A stretch of DNA of 64,000 nt from Waterburya sp. (GCA_965217895.1 CBDCJV010000002.1:4288001-4352000); one strand, 5' to 3'. Shown: positions 9,733 to 20,724, counted from the first letter of the stretch. The notes: generated by a model from the sequence alone, not told the origin. Made by a program: numbers and translations.

Positions 9733-10008
9733 CTATGATTCGCTATTAGAGGAGACATCTACTTCAGCTGGTTCAGATTGATTCAAATCTTTACTGGCTT
9801 CCAATTTCGCATTCATGCTAATAGATTTCTCAATATTTTCGGCTTCTTTCTTAAATTCATTTTCAAATTCCTTGGAGGCATCCTGAAAACTACGAAGAGT
9901 TTTGGCAACGCTGCGACCAATTTCAGGTAGTTTTTTGGGTCCAAATACCAATAGAGCAACTATTGTAATTAAAGCCATTTCTGGTAAACCAATGCCAAAA
10001 ATGTTCAT
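9733..10008 (-). CDS. tatA: Twin-arginine translocase TatA/E subunit
   Basis: MNIFGIGLPE...FGPKKLPEIGRS; lies next to psbH. Confidence 0.92.
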   Translation of the reverse strand: MNIFGIGLPEMALITIVALLVFGPKKLPEIGRSVAKTLRSFQDASKEFENEFKKEAENIEKSISMNAKLEASKDLNQSEPAEVDVSSNSES

Positions 10009-10129
10009 TATCTCAGACTTCCTAATAAGTTTAGTAAATTGAATATATTAGTCTGACCCTCAAAGCAAATTGAGGATCGAACTATGGTATTAGCTAATTC
10101 AATAGTTAATAAATCTGTGGCTAAATTGT

Positions 10130-10333
10130 CTATCGACTTAGAGTTCTCCAGTCAACATCAATTCCTTCTAAAATTAAAGAAGAATTATAAAGTTGCAGAA
10201 TAATTAACAAGAAAACAAGAAATAAAGCCATAAAGACTCCCATTAAGATGGTTGTTCCCCAACCAGGAGCAACTTTACCATATTCAGAATTTAAAGGTTT
10301 GAGAATATTTCCCAAACGAGTTTGCTGTGACAT
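10130..10333 (-). CDS. psbH: Photosystem II protein H
   Basis: [24 protein letters not shown]. Confidence 0.97.
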   Translation of the reverse strand: MSQQTRLGNILKPLNSEYGKVAPGWGTTILMGVFMALFLVFLLIILQLYNSSLILEGIDVDWRTLSR

Positions 10334-10416
10334 AGTTCACTAATTATGTAAAATCGGGTTTTTCGTAATCTTCTGTAATATTATAAAGGAAGAGTAATCA
10401 TAATTTATATATACTT

Positions 10417-10548
10417 ATGGAACCTGCAATAGTTCTTAGCATCGGTATAGGGACTGTATTAGTCGCTATTACTGGATTTTCAATTTATACAGCTTTTGGT
10501 CCACCGTCTATCGATCTAGGCGATCCTTTTGAAGATCATGAGGATTAG
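10417..10548 (+). CDS. psbN: PsbN (absent from the ORF track, 43 aa)
   Basis: MEPAIVLSIGIGTVLVAITGFSIYTAFGPPSIDLGDPFEDHED; divergent from psbH as is typical. Confidence 0.96.
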   Translation: MEPAIVLSIGIGTVLVAITGFSIYTAFGPPSIDLGDPFEDHED

Positions 10549-10593
10549 TAATCTAATAACCAATGATTGATAATTTGTTAGCGTATTGCGATC

Positions 10594-10621
10594 GCAACAT
10601 ACTTGATATCAAGTATGTTGC
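10594..10621. repeat. Perfect 28-bp palindrome
   Basis: GCAACATACTTGAT-ATCAAGTATGTTGC downstream of psbN. Confidence 0.8.
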
Positions 10622-10666
10622 CTTGGACTTTACAGACATTGAACATTAAAATAACTAAATTTGAAA

Positions 10667-10691
10667 TGCGATCGCCAACTTGGCGATCGCA
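10667..10691. terminator. Hairpin made of two HIP1 sites between convergent psbN and gap2
   Basis: TGCGATCGCCAA-C-TTGGCGATCGCA flanked by short A/T runs. Confidence 0.5.
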
Positions 10692-10759
10692 CTTTGCTCA
10701 CTAACGTCAATAATCTCGAATGGGAAGGCTGAAAGTCTGGGTTGATTACCTGCTCGCTC

Positions 10760-11773
10760 TTACATTTCTTTGGCAACTAGTTGAGCTAGGTCAACAACGC
10801 GCTGAGAATAACCCCACTCATTGTCATACCAAGCAATGACTTTAATCATGTCTCCGTCCAAGACCATAGTGAGCTGTCCATCAATGGTGGAAGAAACGTT
10901 AGTACCTTTAAAGTCAGAAGATACTAGAGGCAAGTCTGTAAAACCCAAAATGCCTTTAAGGGTTGTTTCCGAAGCTTTTTTAAGTGCATCGTTGACTTCT
11001 TCGGCAATAGTTTTCTTCTCAACCTGAGCCACCAAATCAACTACAGATACATTAGGAGTAGGTACGCGCATGGCAATACCGTTAAGCTTTCCTTTTACCT
11101 GTGGATATACAAGAGCTACGGCTTTAGCTGCACCAGTAGAGGTAGGTACAATATTTTCTGCTGCTGCTCTGGCTCTTCTAAGATCGCGGTGGCTAGCGTC
11201 AAGAATACGTTGGTCCCCCGTATAGCTGTGGGTAGTGGTCATTGCCCCTTTAATAATGCCATACTGCTCATTGATCACTTTAACAATGGGAGCTAGGCAA
11301 TTTGTAGTACAGCTTGCATTGCTAAGAATGTCAAACTCACCATGCTTGTATTGATCGTCGTTAACGCCCATCACATAGGTACCAATATCAGGACCACTAC
11401 CAGGAGCAGTAATAACTACTTTCTTTGCTCCTGCCTGTAGGTGTTTGCCAGCACCAGGGGCATCACGAAAAACACCAGTAGATTCGATCACAAGATCGAT
11501 ATCCCATTCTTTCCAAGGCAAGTTTAAGGGATTGCGATCGGAGACGCATTTAATTGTTTTGCCGTTGACGATCAAAGAGTTATTGTCATGACTAATATCC
11601 GCATCTAAAACACCCAGCATAGTGTCATACTTCAATAAGTGAGAGTTAGTTTTAGGATCGGAAGTATCGTTGATACCTACCAACTCTAGATTGGTGTCGT
11701 TTCCTCTACTTAATAGACATCTGACGAAGTTACGTCCAATACGTCCAAAACCGTTAATCGCTACTCTGACCAC
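10760..11773 (-). CDS. gap2: Type I glyceraldehyde-3-phosphate dehydrogenase, NAD(P)-dependent
   Basis: [16 protein letters not shown]-loop [15 protein letters not shown] typical of Gap2/GapA. Confidence 0.93.
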   Translation of the reverse strand: MVRVAINGFGRIGRNFVRCLLSRGNDTNLELVGINDTSDPKTNSHLLKYDTMLGVLDADISHDNNSLIVNGKTIKCVSDRNPLNLPWKEWDIDLVIESTGVFRDAPGAGKHLQAGAKKVVITAPGSGPDIGTYVMGVNDDQYKHGEFDILSNASCTTNCLAPIVKVINEQYGIIKGAMTTTHSYTGDQRILDASHRDLRRARAAAENIVPTSTGAAKAVALVYPQVKGKLNGIAMRVPTPNVSVVDLVAQVEKKTIAEEVNDALKKASETTLKGILGFTDLPLVSSDFKGTNVSSTIDGQLTMVLDGDMIKVIAWYDNEWGYSQRVVDLAQLVAKEM

Positions 11774-12146
11774 TATTTCTTGCCCTCTAATTTTATTAGG
11801 TTAATAGATTAAAACATTCTTAATAAGACTCATCATATCGTAAAGTAAGCACAATTCAAGACCCTATTTATAAATCAGTTTGGAGGTCTATCAAGGCTAA
11901 AAAAGAGGTCAAATAGTTTGATTAACATTAAATAAATTAAGAAAATCCGACAATGTTGTCTTTAAAGTAATTAAGCTCTTGATTTTTCGGTAATTTCTCC
12001 CAATATATCTATATTGAAAAATAAATTTAATTATTTACAAGCTATTGTTTATACCTAAGTTCAAAAAAATATTGTTATCATAGCCCGTATTGTTTAAAGC
12101 GATGTCAAGTCTTAGACTACTCAACATTAGAACAATAGAGTAATCT

Positions 12147-13670
12147 GTGATTCTTGAGCAGAATTTTTGTGTTATGGCAGGAGATAAAAGGGTGACAAAA
12201 ATAGATTTAAATGGTAGACCATTTCACTTTATCGGTGTGGGTGGAATTGGAATGTCGGCTTTGGCATACATTGTTGCTCAACGCCAACTGCCAGTATCTG
12301 GTTCTGATTTGCGTTCTAGCCATATTACCGATCGCCTGGAAACTTTAGGAGTTAAAAATTTTTATGGTCACGAGGCAAGTAATATCAATTCTTTTATTTC
12401 TCCTGGTAAAGAGCCTCAACCATTACCAGTAACTGCGGGAGGACAAGCGGAAATTATTCCAGCAGTTGAGATTTTAAATAATTGTGCTAATTCTTTACCC
12501 CAGGTTATTTGTTCGACAGCGATCGCCCTTACCAATCCCGAATATCAGGCAGCAGTGAAGCTAGGCTGCCCGATTTTTCACCGCTCCGATCTTTTAGCAG
12601 CTTTAATTGGACAGTATAAAGGTATAGCGGTTTCAGGAACACACGGTAAAACTACTACCAGTAGCTTAATCGGCTATATGCTGCTAGCAAGCGGTGTCGA
12701 TCCAACCATCATTGTTGGCGGGGAGGTTGATGCTTGGGATGGTAACGCGCGCTGCGGACAGGGAGAATATTTAGTAGCTGAAGCAGACGAATCTGATGGC
12801 TCTTTAGTTAAACATCACCCTAATATCGGTGTGATTACCAATATTGAACTAGATCATCCCGATCGCTATCAAGACATTCGTGAACTAATTGACATCTTTC
12901 AGACTTTTGCGGGACAGTGTAATACTCTAATTGGCTGTATTGACGATCCAATTATTCGGGACGAATTGGCGTTGACTATTAGCTATAGTCTTGATCCTTC
13001 TACAGGCGCACACTATACAGCCAAAAACATTACCTATCATGATCGAGGAAGTAATGCCGACATTTGGGAGCGGGGAGTATATCTAGGAAAATTACAGTTA
13101 CCAATGTTAGGGGAACATAACCTTAGTAATGCCCTTGCTGCGATCGCTGTGGGCAGAAAGATAGGTTTAGAATTTGCCACTATTTCTCAGTCAATATCCA
13201 CATTTGCAGGCACAAAAAGGCGGTTTGAACATCGGGGAGAAGCTAACGGTATTACTTTTATTGATGACTATGCCCATCATCCTAGCGAAATTGACGTTAC
13301 TATAGCTGCTGGTAAGCTGAGGGTATCAGGGAACAACGATTTAAAAAGAGTGGTGGCAATTTTTCAACCCCATCGCTATAGTCGCACCAAGACTTTTTTG
13401 ACTGAGTTTGCAGCAGTTTTGAAAAACGCAGACGTGGTTGTGATCGCCGATATTTATAGTGCAGGAGAGAAAAATACCTTTGGAATTAGTGGAGAGGACT
13501 TAGCTAAAGCAATTGCACCTAACCACAGCAATGTTCACTATCATGCTGATGTTAACTCTATCGCCGACTTTTTACATCAAGAAATATTGCAGCCAGGAGA
13601 TTTAGCAATGTTCCTTGGTGCGGGTAATCTAAATCAATCAATTCCTAAGACTATTACCCTTTTTCAATGA
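12147..13670 (+). CDS. murC: UDP-N-acetylmuramate--L-alanine ligase
   Basis: GVGGIGMSALA, GTHGKTTT, EADESDGS, DDYAHHP; true start may be slightly downstream. Confidence 0.96.
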   Translation: MILEQNFCVMAGDKRVTKIDLNGRPFHFIGVGGIGMSALAYIVAQRQLPVSGSDLRSSHITDRLETLGVKNFYGHEASNINSFISPGKEPQPLPVTAGGQAEIIPAVEILNNCANSLPQVICSTAIALTNPEYQAAVKLGCPIFHRSDLLAALIGQYKGIAVSGTHGKTTTSSLIGYMLLASGVDPTIIVGGEVDAWDGNARCGQGEYLVAEADESDGSLVKHHPNIGVITNIELDHPDRYQDIRELIDIFQTFAGQCNTLIGCIDDPIIRDELALTISYSLDPSTGAHYTAKNITYHDRGSNADIWERGVYLGKLQLPMLGEHNLSNALAAIAVGRKIGLEFATISQSISTFAGTKRRFEHRGEANGITFIDDYAHHPSEIDVTIAAGKLRVSGNNDLKRVVAIFQPHRYSRTKTFLTEFAAVLKNADVVVIADIYSAGEKNTFGISGEDLAKAIAPNHSNVHYHADVNSIADFLHQEILQPGDLAMFLGAGNLNQSIPKTITLFQ

Positions 13671-13690
13671 GCAATGAACAATGACCATTT

Positions 13691-13756
13691 GCAGGGTGGG
13701 CAAACTAGAAAAAGATGCTCAACAAAATATTTAAAGAACTCAATTTGCCCACCACG
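13691..13756. repeat. REP-like inverted repeat between murC and murB
   Basis: GGGTGGGCAAA ... TTTGCCCACC. Confidence 0.6.
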
Positions 13757-13793
13757 CCCAAAATAAGCTTTTTTAGCAATTAGTAACTATGAC

Positions 13794-14672
13794 ATGAACA
13801 ATCTAATCCAGTCGGGAATATCTTTGGCAAATCAGACTTCATACAAAGTTGGTGGAAATGCCCAATGGTATGCTGCACCGAGAAATTGGGCTGAACTTGA
13901 GGCTAGTTTTGAATGGTATCAGTCTCAGGATATACCCTTAACTTTGCTTGGGGCTGGTTCAAACTTACTGATTAGCGATCGCGGTATTCCTGGTTTTGTG
14001 CTTTCGACTCGCTATTTTCGTAGTTATAAATTTGACTCCCAAACAGGTTTATTAACTGCTGATGCAGGAGAGGCGATCGCTAAATTGGCTTGGAAAGCAG
14101 CGAAAAGAGGCTTGAAGGGCTTGGAGTGGGCAGTAGGTATTCCAGGTACGGTAGGCGGGGGTGTGGTGATGAATGCAGGAGCGCACACATCCTGTATGGC
14201 AGATATTTTAGTTAGTGCTACCGTCTTATCAGCCGACGGCACAATTGCCGAAGTCACACCAGCAGAACTGGCATACAGCTATCGTACATCTAATCTGCAA
14301 GGAGGCGATCGCCTTGTTGTTAAAGCGACAATGCAGCTTGAGCCTGGTTATAGTAAAGCTGAGATGATCGAGCTTTCCAACCAAAATTGGACACAGCGCA
14401 AGACAACTCAGCCTTATCATTTGCCTAGCTGTGGTAGCGTTTTCCGTAATCCTCAGCCTCATGCAGCAGCAAGGCTAATAGAACAGCTTGGCTTGAAAGG
14501 CTATAAAATTGGCGATGCTCAAATAGCTCATCGCCATGCCAACTTTTTTCTTAACTGCGGTACGGCTACCGCCAAAGATATATTTGAATTAATTCGCTAT
14601 GCTCAAGAAAAAGTAGAATATCATTGTTCAGTATCTTTAGAGCCAGAAGTTAAGCTAATTGGAGAATTTTAG
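13794..14672 (+). CDS. murB: UDP-N-acetylmuramate dehydrogenase
   Basis: GAGSNLL, GIPGTVGG, MNAGAH, SCGSVFRNP, HANF. Confidence 0.96.
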   Translation: MNNLIQSGISLANQTSYKVGGNAQWYAAPRNWAELEASFEWYQSQDIPLTLLGAGSNLLISDRGIPGFVLSTRYFRSYKFDSQTGLLTADAGEAIAKLAWKAAKRGLKGLEWAVGIPGTVGGGVVMNAGAHTSCMADILVSATVLSADGTIAEVTPAELAYSYRTSNLQGGDRLVVKATMQLEPGYSKAEMIELSNQNWTQRKTTQPYHLPSCGSVFRNPQPHAAARLIEQLGLKGYKIGDAQIAHRHANFFLNCGTATAKDIFELIRYAQEKVEYHCSVSLEPEVKLIGEF

Positions 14673-14751
14673 ATCTCTTATTTCTAGGCTAAACTTATTG
14701 TTCTCGTTAATTTCGTAGTCACTAATATAAAAGCTAACAACTAAAATAGAT

Positions 14752-15090
14752 ATGGCAGGAAAAGGATTTGGTCCATTAGGAAAAATGAAAGAACTTGCTG
14801 ATGCTTTTAAAAAGGCGCAGGAAGTCCAAGCAGGAGCGCAACAACTCCAAAATGAATTGGAACAGCTAGAGATTGAAGGAACTAGCGAAGACGGGCTAGT
14901 TAAGGTAGTCATGAGCGGTAATCAAGAACCCCGTCGTGTCGAGATTTCCCCTGATGCTATGTCTCAGGGAGCAGAAGCTCTTTCTGCATCTGTAACAGCC
15001 GCTATGACATCTGCCTATGAACAGTCTACAGACATGATGCGCGGACGTATGGAAGAATTAACCAGCGGTTTGAATCTTCCTGGAATGTAA
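14752..15090 (+). CDS. ybaB: YbaB/EbfC nucleoid-associated protein
   Basis: [19 protein letters not shown]; conserved position after murB. Confidence 0.9.
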   Translation: MAGKGFGPLGKMKELADAFKKAQEVQAGAQQLQNELEQLEIEGTSEDGLVKVVMSGNQEPRRVEISPDAMSQGAEALSASVTAAMTSAYEQSTDMMRGRMEELTSGLNLPGM

Positions 15091-15113
15091 TAATATTTCA
15101 ATGATCGATTATC

Positions 15114-15149
15114 AATTAGGAGTGTTTATTAAATGCTCCTAATTTTTTT
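15114..15149 (+). terminator. Rho-independent terminator
   Basis: AATTAGGAG...CTCCTAATT followed by a T-run. Confidence 0.75.
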
Positions 15150-15226
15150 GTCTAGTAGTTCAACAACAGTTAAAGCATCAGAGATTTATACTAGATAAAT
15201 AGTGAATAGATAAAGAAAATAGCATC

Positions 15227-15832
15227 ATGATTCAAGCTTTACCCCAATTAGTAAGTTTTGAAGAATTTTTGCTTTGGAAGCCAGAAGGTAGAAGCTATGA
15301 ACTCCACGATGGAGTAATTACTGAAACGCACCCTACGGGAAAGCATGAAGAAATTACTGGTTTCCTGGCTACCGAATTGGCAGTGGAATACAGAAGATTA
15401 AAGCTACCTTATTTCATACCAAAAACCGTATTGGTTAAGCCCCAAGACAAACAGTCAGGCTATTCTCCTGATGTACTTGTTTTAAATCGTTCAGTTTCAA
15501 ACCAAGAAGAGTTATGGCAAAAACATTCTACGGTTTAACAATCAGAATCTATTCCTTTAATTGTTGAAGTAGTTAGCACCAACTGGCGCGATGATTACTT
15601 AACCAAGCTAAGAGATTACGAGGAAATTGGTGTTCAAGAATATTGGATTGTAGATTATCTGGCTTTAGGAGGTAGACGTTATATTGGCAATCCCAAGCAG
15701 CCGACAATTTCTATTTATCAATTAGTCGATGGAGAATATCAGGTTAACCAATTTAAAAATAGCGATCGCCTTTCTTCAGTTTTTCCTGAGTTAAAACTTA
15801 GCGCACAACAAATTTTTCAAGCATCAGATTGA
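15227..15832 (+). pseudogene. Uma2 (DUF820) endonuclease-family gene with an in-frame stop
   Basis: TAA at 15536-15538; the same frame continues IPLIVEVVSTNWRDDYLTKLRDYEEIGVQEYWIVD to TGA at 15830-15832. Confidence 0.88.
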
Positions 15833-15851
15833 TTTAATGTTTGAAATAAAA

Positions 15852-16367
15852 CTAATCTCTACATCCTAAGCTGTATCTAGTTTCTACTCCTGTAGTGGGG
15901 TTGACCCCTTCTGCTCTTTTACACATCTGAGATATTTGATAGCGATCTAAAATAGCGTCGGTAAAGTCAGCACCAGTAATATTTGCTCCTTCAAAGTTAG
16001 TACTAGTAGCAACCGCGTCTTTAAAAATAGCGTTGGTTAAATCAGAGTTTTCAAAAGATACACGATCCATTAAAGAACTAGTGAAGTTAGAATCTTTGAG
16101 GTTGGTATTAATAAAAATCCCTTTAGTTAAGATTGAGTTACTCACGTCTGAACCTTCAAAATTAGAACCTCTAGCATCGGCGGCAGCAAATACACCGCCG
16201 ACAAGGTTTTTGTGAGAGAAATCCTGTCTGCGTATTTCGCTGTATGTATAATTTACCGCATTGTCTTGAGCCATAGCAGGAGTAGCTTTTAATAATACCC
16301 AGATTATGGCGATCGCTATAATAACCAAGATGTTAAGTAAGTGCTGTTTTAATTGGGATAAAATCAT
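15852..16367 (-). CDS. Pentapeptide repeat protein (lumenal/secreted)
   Basis: Signal peptide; A(D/N)FxG-type repeats; C...GVNPTTGVETRYSLGC end. Confidence 0.9.
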   Translation of the reverse strand: MILSQLKQHLLNILVIIAIAIIWVLLKATPAMAQDNAVNYTYSEIRRQDFSHKNLVGGVFAAADARGSNFEGSDVSNSILTKGIFINTNLKDSNFTSSLMDRVSFENSDLTNAIFKDAVATSTNFEGANITGADFTDAILDRYQISQMCKRAEGVNPTTGVETRYSLGCRD

Positions 16368-16415
16368 GAATTTAAGAATAATATTTTTTTTTAAATTTAG
16401 TGTTGGTTAATACGC

Positions 16416-17756
16416 TCAATTATTCACGGAGAGATTATTCGCATCTTTGCCAATTTTGATTGTCAGTTCTTGTGACTCAGATTTAGAATTAGGCTTTAAT
16501 CTACCAAAATCTAAAACATTTTTTACATAGTTTGCTGTTCTCAAGTGACTATGATTAACAATAATTTGAGTTTGCTTCAATTTTAGCGGTATATGTTCAA
16601 CCAGATAAACATTTTTGAAATTTTGTTGACGCAGATAATTAACGACTTTCATTCCCAATTCAGGACTATTGGTAGTATTTTGGACGGCAATAGTAAAATT
16701 TAAAACTGAACTTGGTAAGCTTTTTGTAGTGCTAGTAGCCGTAGTAAAAACAGATTGCGCCTTCAGAGATTCAGAGGTACTGGGTCGATTATCGGCTGCA
16801 ACAGCTTTCTCTGGGACATATTCTGGCAGAAGACTTGTAGTAATATTTTCTGGATCTAAATCCTTGACAAAATTAGCTATGGACATTAATTCTGGTAAAG
16901 ATAGATCGGTGTCTAATCTAGGCTTAATATTGGTAACTGTTGCCTGAAAACTAGCTAAGTAAGCAGGGATATTAAGCTGTTGGCGAATAGCTTTAAAAGT
17001 ATCCTCTTGTCTACTAATTTGCTCTGCTTTATTTGAACAGTAGGCAATTCTAGAATCACAATTGTTTAAAGTCAGTTTACCACTAGCTGCAAGCTGCTGA
17101 AATACTTCAGAGGTGGCACTTAAATAATGATTTAGATTAACTCCGTCTATTAACTGAGATAATACTTGAGATACCAAGGGGACACCCCCATATCGGTAAG
17201 CATCAGCAATTGTTCCCCAACCAAATCCAGGAATTTTTACTCGACTGTCGGTAGGAATATTTATTGCCTTTGCCAACCTATGATGAGGATTAAATTGCAG
17301 CACCATAATTGCTTTAGTTTTGCCGATGGAGGTAGGAGTATTAGAAAACTTGACCATGCTGTTTGTATCAGGTTCAACCTCAATTAACAGTAGGTCGATA
17401 GGGCGACTAAGAACAGCTTGATTTAAAGATTCTGTAGGGTTAGAATTGGCTTCAATTCTTTGGGCGATTGCTTCTTGCACTACATCAATTTTAGTTAAGG
17501 CAACCCCACATCCAGCCGAAAATACTGCGGTAAAACCTATAATTCCTCCCCAAAAAAGCCCGCGTTTAAAGTAAGACCACTGGGAATGCTTTTCCCAAAA
17601 CCATAAAGGTTGATGTAATGAACTAATTTGCCTTTTATTAATTGACCGATTTGTCAATTTGGCAAACTTAATTTTGCGATCGCTAGATTCAACTGTTGCC
17701 TCATCTTGAAAATACTTTAAGTTTCTAGCTTTGTTACGAGACGATTTATTATTCAT
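16416..17756 (-). CDS. LCP (LytR-CpsA-Psr) family protein with LytR_C domain, divergent
   Basis: N-terminal TM; IPTDSRVKIPGFG, AYRYGG, TDLS; C-terminal IAVQNTT and IKIGKD. Confidence 0.8.
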   Translation of the reverse strand: MNNKSSRNKARNLKYFQDEATVESSDRKIKFAKLTNRSINKRQISSLHQPLWFWEKHSQWSYFKRGLFWGGIIGFTAVFSAGCGVALTKIDVVQEAIAQRIEANSNPTESLNQAVLSRPIDLLLIEVEPDTNSMVKFSNTPTSIGKTKAIMVLQFNPHHRLAKAINIPTDSRVKIPGFGWGTIADAYRYGGVPLVSQVLSQLIDGVNLNHYLSATSEVFQQLAASGKLTLNNCDSRIAYCSNKAEQISRQEDTFKAIRQQLNIPAYLASFQATVTNIKPRLDTDLSLPELMSIANFVKDLDPENITTSLLPEYVPEKAVAADNRPSTSESLKAQSVFTTATSTTKSLPSSVLNFTIAVQNTTNSPELGMKVVNYLRQQNFKNVYLVEHIPLKLKQTQIIVNHSHLRTANYVKNVLDFGRLKPNSKSESQELTIKIGKDANNLSVNN

Positions 17757-18178
17757 ACACTATTGTATTTTGTAAATCATGAGTTTTTCACTAATTTTGA
17801 CCAACATATTATGTCTATTAAGCAAAATATCTCTTGAATTAAGACTATTCTTAAATTAAGAGCCAATAAGCAGCGCGTGAAAGGGAAGTAGCAAATTTCC
17901 CGCCAAAAATTTGAACCCTCTAGGGAAAAGCTGCTTTATTGTAAGACAAAGTAATCTCTAACTGTAGTTAACAGTAGTTATTTGTCTGCTAATGGCGATT
18001 TAATATTTACGCTTTTTGCGTTTAGACTACAGAGAAACGAGCTAAAACTTGGTAATATTGCAATTTTATATAGTACTACTTATTAAAACCAGTTGATTCA
18101 TCCATATAGCTCCATACAAAATCAAATTATTAAGACTGCCACCTATCGTCATGCCCAGCATTCTAAAGGAAAAAATTA

Positions 18179-19240
18179 ATGGAAACTAAATTAATCCCAA
18201 TTATTTTGGCTGGCGGTAAAGGAGAACGTTTTTGGCCAGTAAGTCGTCTCAAAAGACCAAAACAATTTTTGTGCCTTGATGGTGGTAATCGAAGTTTAAT
18301 GCAGGCTACGGCAGATCGCCTTTTAAATTTGGCAGGTGGTTGGGATAACCTGTGGGTTATTACCTCAGAAATTATTGCCGAGGGAGTTAAAAAACAGCTA
18401 CCCGATCTGCCAGAGTCAAATATTTTAATTGAACCCCAAGGTAAAGACACTGCCCCAGCAGTCGCTTGGGCAACTTTAGAAGTAGCAAAAAAACATGGTG
18501 AAGATGCTATTGTTGGTTTTTTCCCTGCGGATCACTGGATTAACGATCTTGCAGCCTTTGAGGAAACTCTAGACGCAGCAGCCCAGCAAGCTGCGTCCGA
18601 GCCTTCTATTGTCACCTTGGGCATTACCCCCAATCAGCCAGCTACAGGCTATGGATACATTGAACAGGGTATAGAAAAAGGTAAATTTAATAGCTTACCT
18701 GTCTATAAAGTAAGTCGCTTTACCGAAAAACCTGACAAAACTACTGCTCAATCCTTTATTGATACTGGTAAATATAGCTGGAACAGTGGCATATTTATCT
18801 TTAAAATAGGAGTTCTTTTAGAGGAGTTAAAGAAATATTCTCCTCATCTACTAGATTTGTTGTCCAAAAAAGGCAAAGATGCTTATGCTGAACTAGACAG
18901 AGAGAGCATCGACTATGCTCTGATGGAAAAAACCCAGTTAGCCTGTGTCTTACCTGCCAATTTTGGCTGGGACGATTTGGGAGACTGGAATGGCGTTGAA
19001 CGAATCCTCAAAGGAGATCGTGACAATGTAGAGTTGGGCAATCATATTGGCAAAGATACCCAAAATACTATTATCTACGCCAGTAATCGTGATGAGGTGA
19101 TTGTGACTATTGGTGTAAAAGACGTAGTGATTGTTCGCGATGGCAATGTTACCCTCGTTGTTGATAAAGACCATACTCAAGATATTAAGGAAGTAGTAGA
19201 GTCTTTAAAAGACTCACCTCATTACAAGCATCTTCTTTAA
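18179..19240 (+). CDS. manC: Mannose-1-phosphate guanylyltransferase
   Basis: LAGGKGERFWPVSR, PKQFL, EPQGKDTAPA, FTEKP, WNSGIF, WDDLGDW. Confidence 0.93.
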   Translation: METKLIPIILAGGKGERFWPVSRLKRPKQFLCLDGGNRSLMQATADRLLNLAGGWDNLWVITSEIIAEGVKKQLPDLPESNILIEPQGKDTAPAVAWATLEVAKKHGEDAIVGFFPADHWINDLAAFEETLDAAAQQAASEPSIVTLGITPNQPATGYGYIEQGIEKGKFNSLPVYKVSRFTEKPDKTTAQSFIDTGKYSWNSGIFIFKIGVLLEELKKYSPHLLDLLSKKGKDAYAELDRESIDYALMEKTQLACVLPANFGWDDLGDWNGVERILKGDRDNVELGNHIGKDTQNTIIYASNRDEVIVTIGVKDVVIVRDGNVTLVVDKDHTQDIKEVVESLKDSPHYKHLL

Positions 19241-19273
19241 AATTAGCTTTTAGCCTTTAGCTTTAAATTACTT

Positions 19274-20059
19274 ATGTTAAATACAAGAAAGGCGAGAACA
19301 ATACTTTTAGCTCACTATGCCCATATGCTCGAATATCGGGCGGAAATATTTCTCTGGGCATTGTCTAATTCTCTGCCTATTATTCTGATGGGAGTTTGGA
19401 TAGAGGCTTCCCAAAGTGGTGATTTTAGCCTTAATCCAATAGATTTCGCCAGATACTTTTTTAGTGTTTTTATCGTGCGTCAGCTAACTACTATTTGGGT
19501 TATCTGGGAGTTTGAACAAGAAATTTTAGAAGGAAGACTGTCACTAAGATTATTACAGCCCATTGACCCTGTCTGGCATCATGTCGCCAGACACCTAGCG
19601 GAAAAAATGACTCGTGTGCCTCTAATAGTTATTTTCTGTGGCTTGTTTTTTGTACTTTATCCTGATGCAGCTTGGATTCCAGAGAGCAAAAATATATTAT
19701 TGGGGATGATTGCGATCGCCTTGGCATTTATTTTGCGATTTGCGATCCAGTATACTTTTGCCATGCTGGCTTTTTGGACAGAAAGGGCTAGTGCGATTCA
19801 GCAATTTTGGTTTTTGTTTTATACATTTCTCTCTGGAACGATTGCTCCATTGGAAGTCTTTCCCGAAAGGGTTCGACAAATAGTGGAATTGACTCCTTTT
19901 CCCTACATGATCCACTTTCCCGCAGCCCTACTAGTAGGTTTGCCCGTCAATTTTGGTAGAAGCATTTTAATTATGATCGCCTGGACAACAGTGTTTATTA
20001 TTGCTAACCGTTGGCTTTGGAACAAAGGCTTAAAGCAATACTCAGGTATGGGAGCTTAA
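19274..20059 (+). CDS. ABC-2 type (DUF990-like) transporter permease
   Basis: EYRA, ILEGRLSLRLLQP, LSGTIAPL, GLKQYSGMG; about 6 TM helices. Confidence 0.85.
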   Translation: MLNTRKARTILLAHYAHMLEYRAEIFLWALSNSLPIILMGVWIEASQSGDFSLNPIDFARYFFSVFIVRQLTTIWVIWEFEQEILEGRLSLRLLQPIDPVWHHVARHLAEKMTRVPLIVIFCGLFFVLYPDAAWIPESKNILLGMIAIALAFILRFAIQYTFAMLAFWTERASAIQQFWFLFYTFLSGTIAPLEVFPERVRQIVELTPFPYMIHFPAALLVGLPVNFGRSILIMIAWTTVFIIANRWLWNKGLKQYSGMGA

Positions 20060-20142
20060 TTAAGGGATGAACGATGAGGAACGATACAGATGGTAAATTC
20101 TTTCCTTCGCCCTCATCCTTCATAATTTATCCTTTGGTTTAC

Positions 20143-20457
20143 CTATGCTCTAGATTCAACGCTGGATATTTGAGAACTTGAACCTCTGACAGTTTTGCTA
20201 AATAGTTCTTCTTCCATAGGTACAAACTCAATTCTGTTTAACAAGGTAGTCACAAAAGCAAATAGCAGAAAAGGCAAAGACAGCACTAAAACAATTCCCA
20301 CCGTTGCCAAGGCATAAATTTGTCTAGTACTGCTCCATAATGCCAGGGTAGTAGCCAAGCTAATAAAGATTACAATCAACCAAATGATTATTTGACCATA
20401 AATATCACCAAATTTCAAAGTACAAATCATCTTATATTTGTGTAGCTCGTTATCCAT
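20143..20457 (-). CDS. Conserved cyanobacterial two-TM hypothetical protein
   Basis: CTLKFGDIYGQII...PFLLFAFVTTLLN. Confidence 0.75.
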   Translation of the reverse strand: MDNELHKYKMICTLKFGDIYGQIIIWLIVIFISLATTLALWSSTRQIYALATVGIVLVLSLPFLLFAFVTTLLNRIEFVPMEEELFSKTVRGSSSQISSVESRA

Positions 20458-20724
20458 TAAAATTCTCCTAAATAATTGTTCTGTAGAATGTCTAGATTAC
20501 TTAGATTATCGCGGAGCTTTCTCTAATTGATAGAATATTCAAACATTTTTCCAATGGTTGCAATATCTGTTTACAATTATTCCTAGTCAACTAAGTACAA
20601 ATGCTTAGTTGCAATCGTAAATGACATTAACTAAATCTGTGAAAAATTTTTATTTTTGGCAGTTCAGTTCAACCTTGTAATAGGCTAAATAAAGAAACCC
20701 AGCAGCAAAAAAGATTGTGACCTC

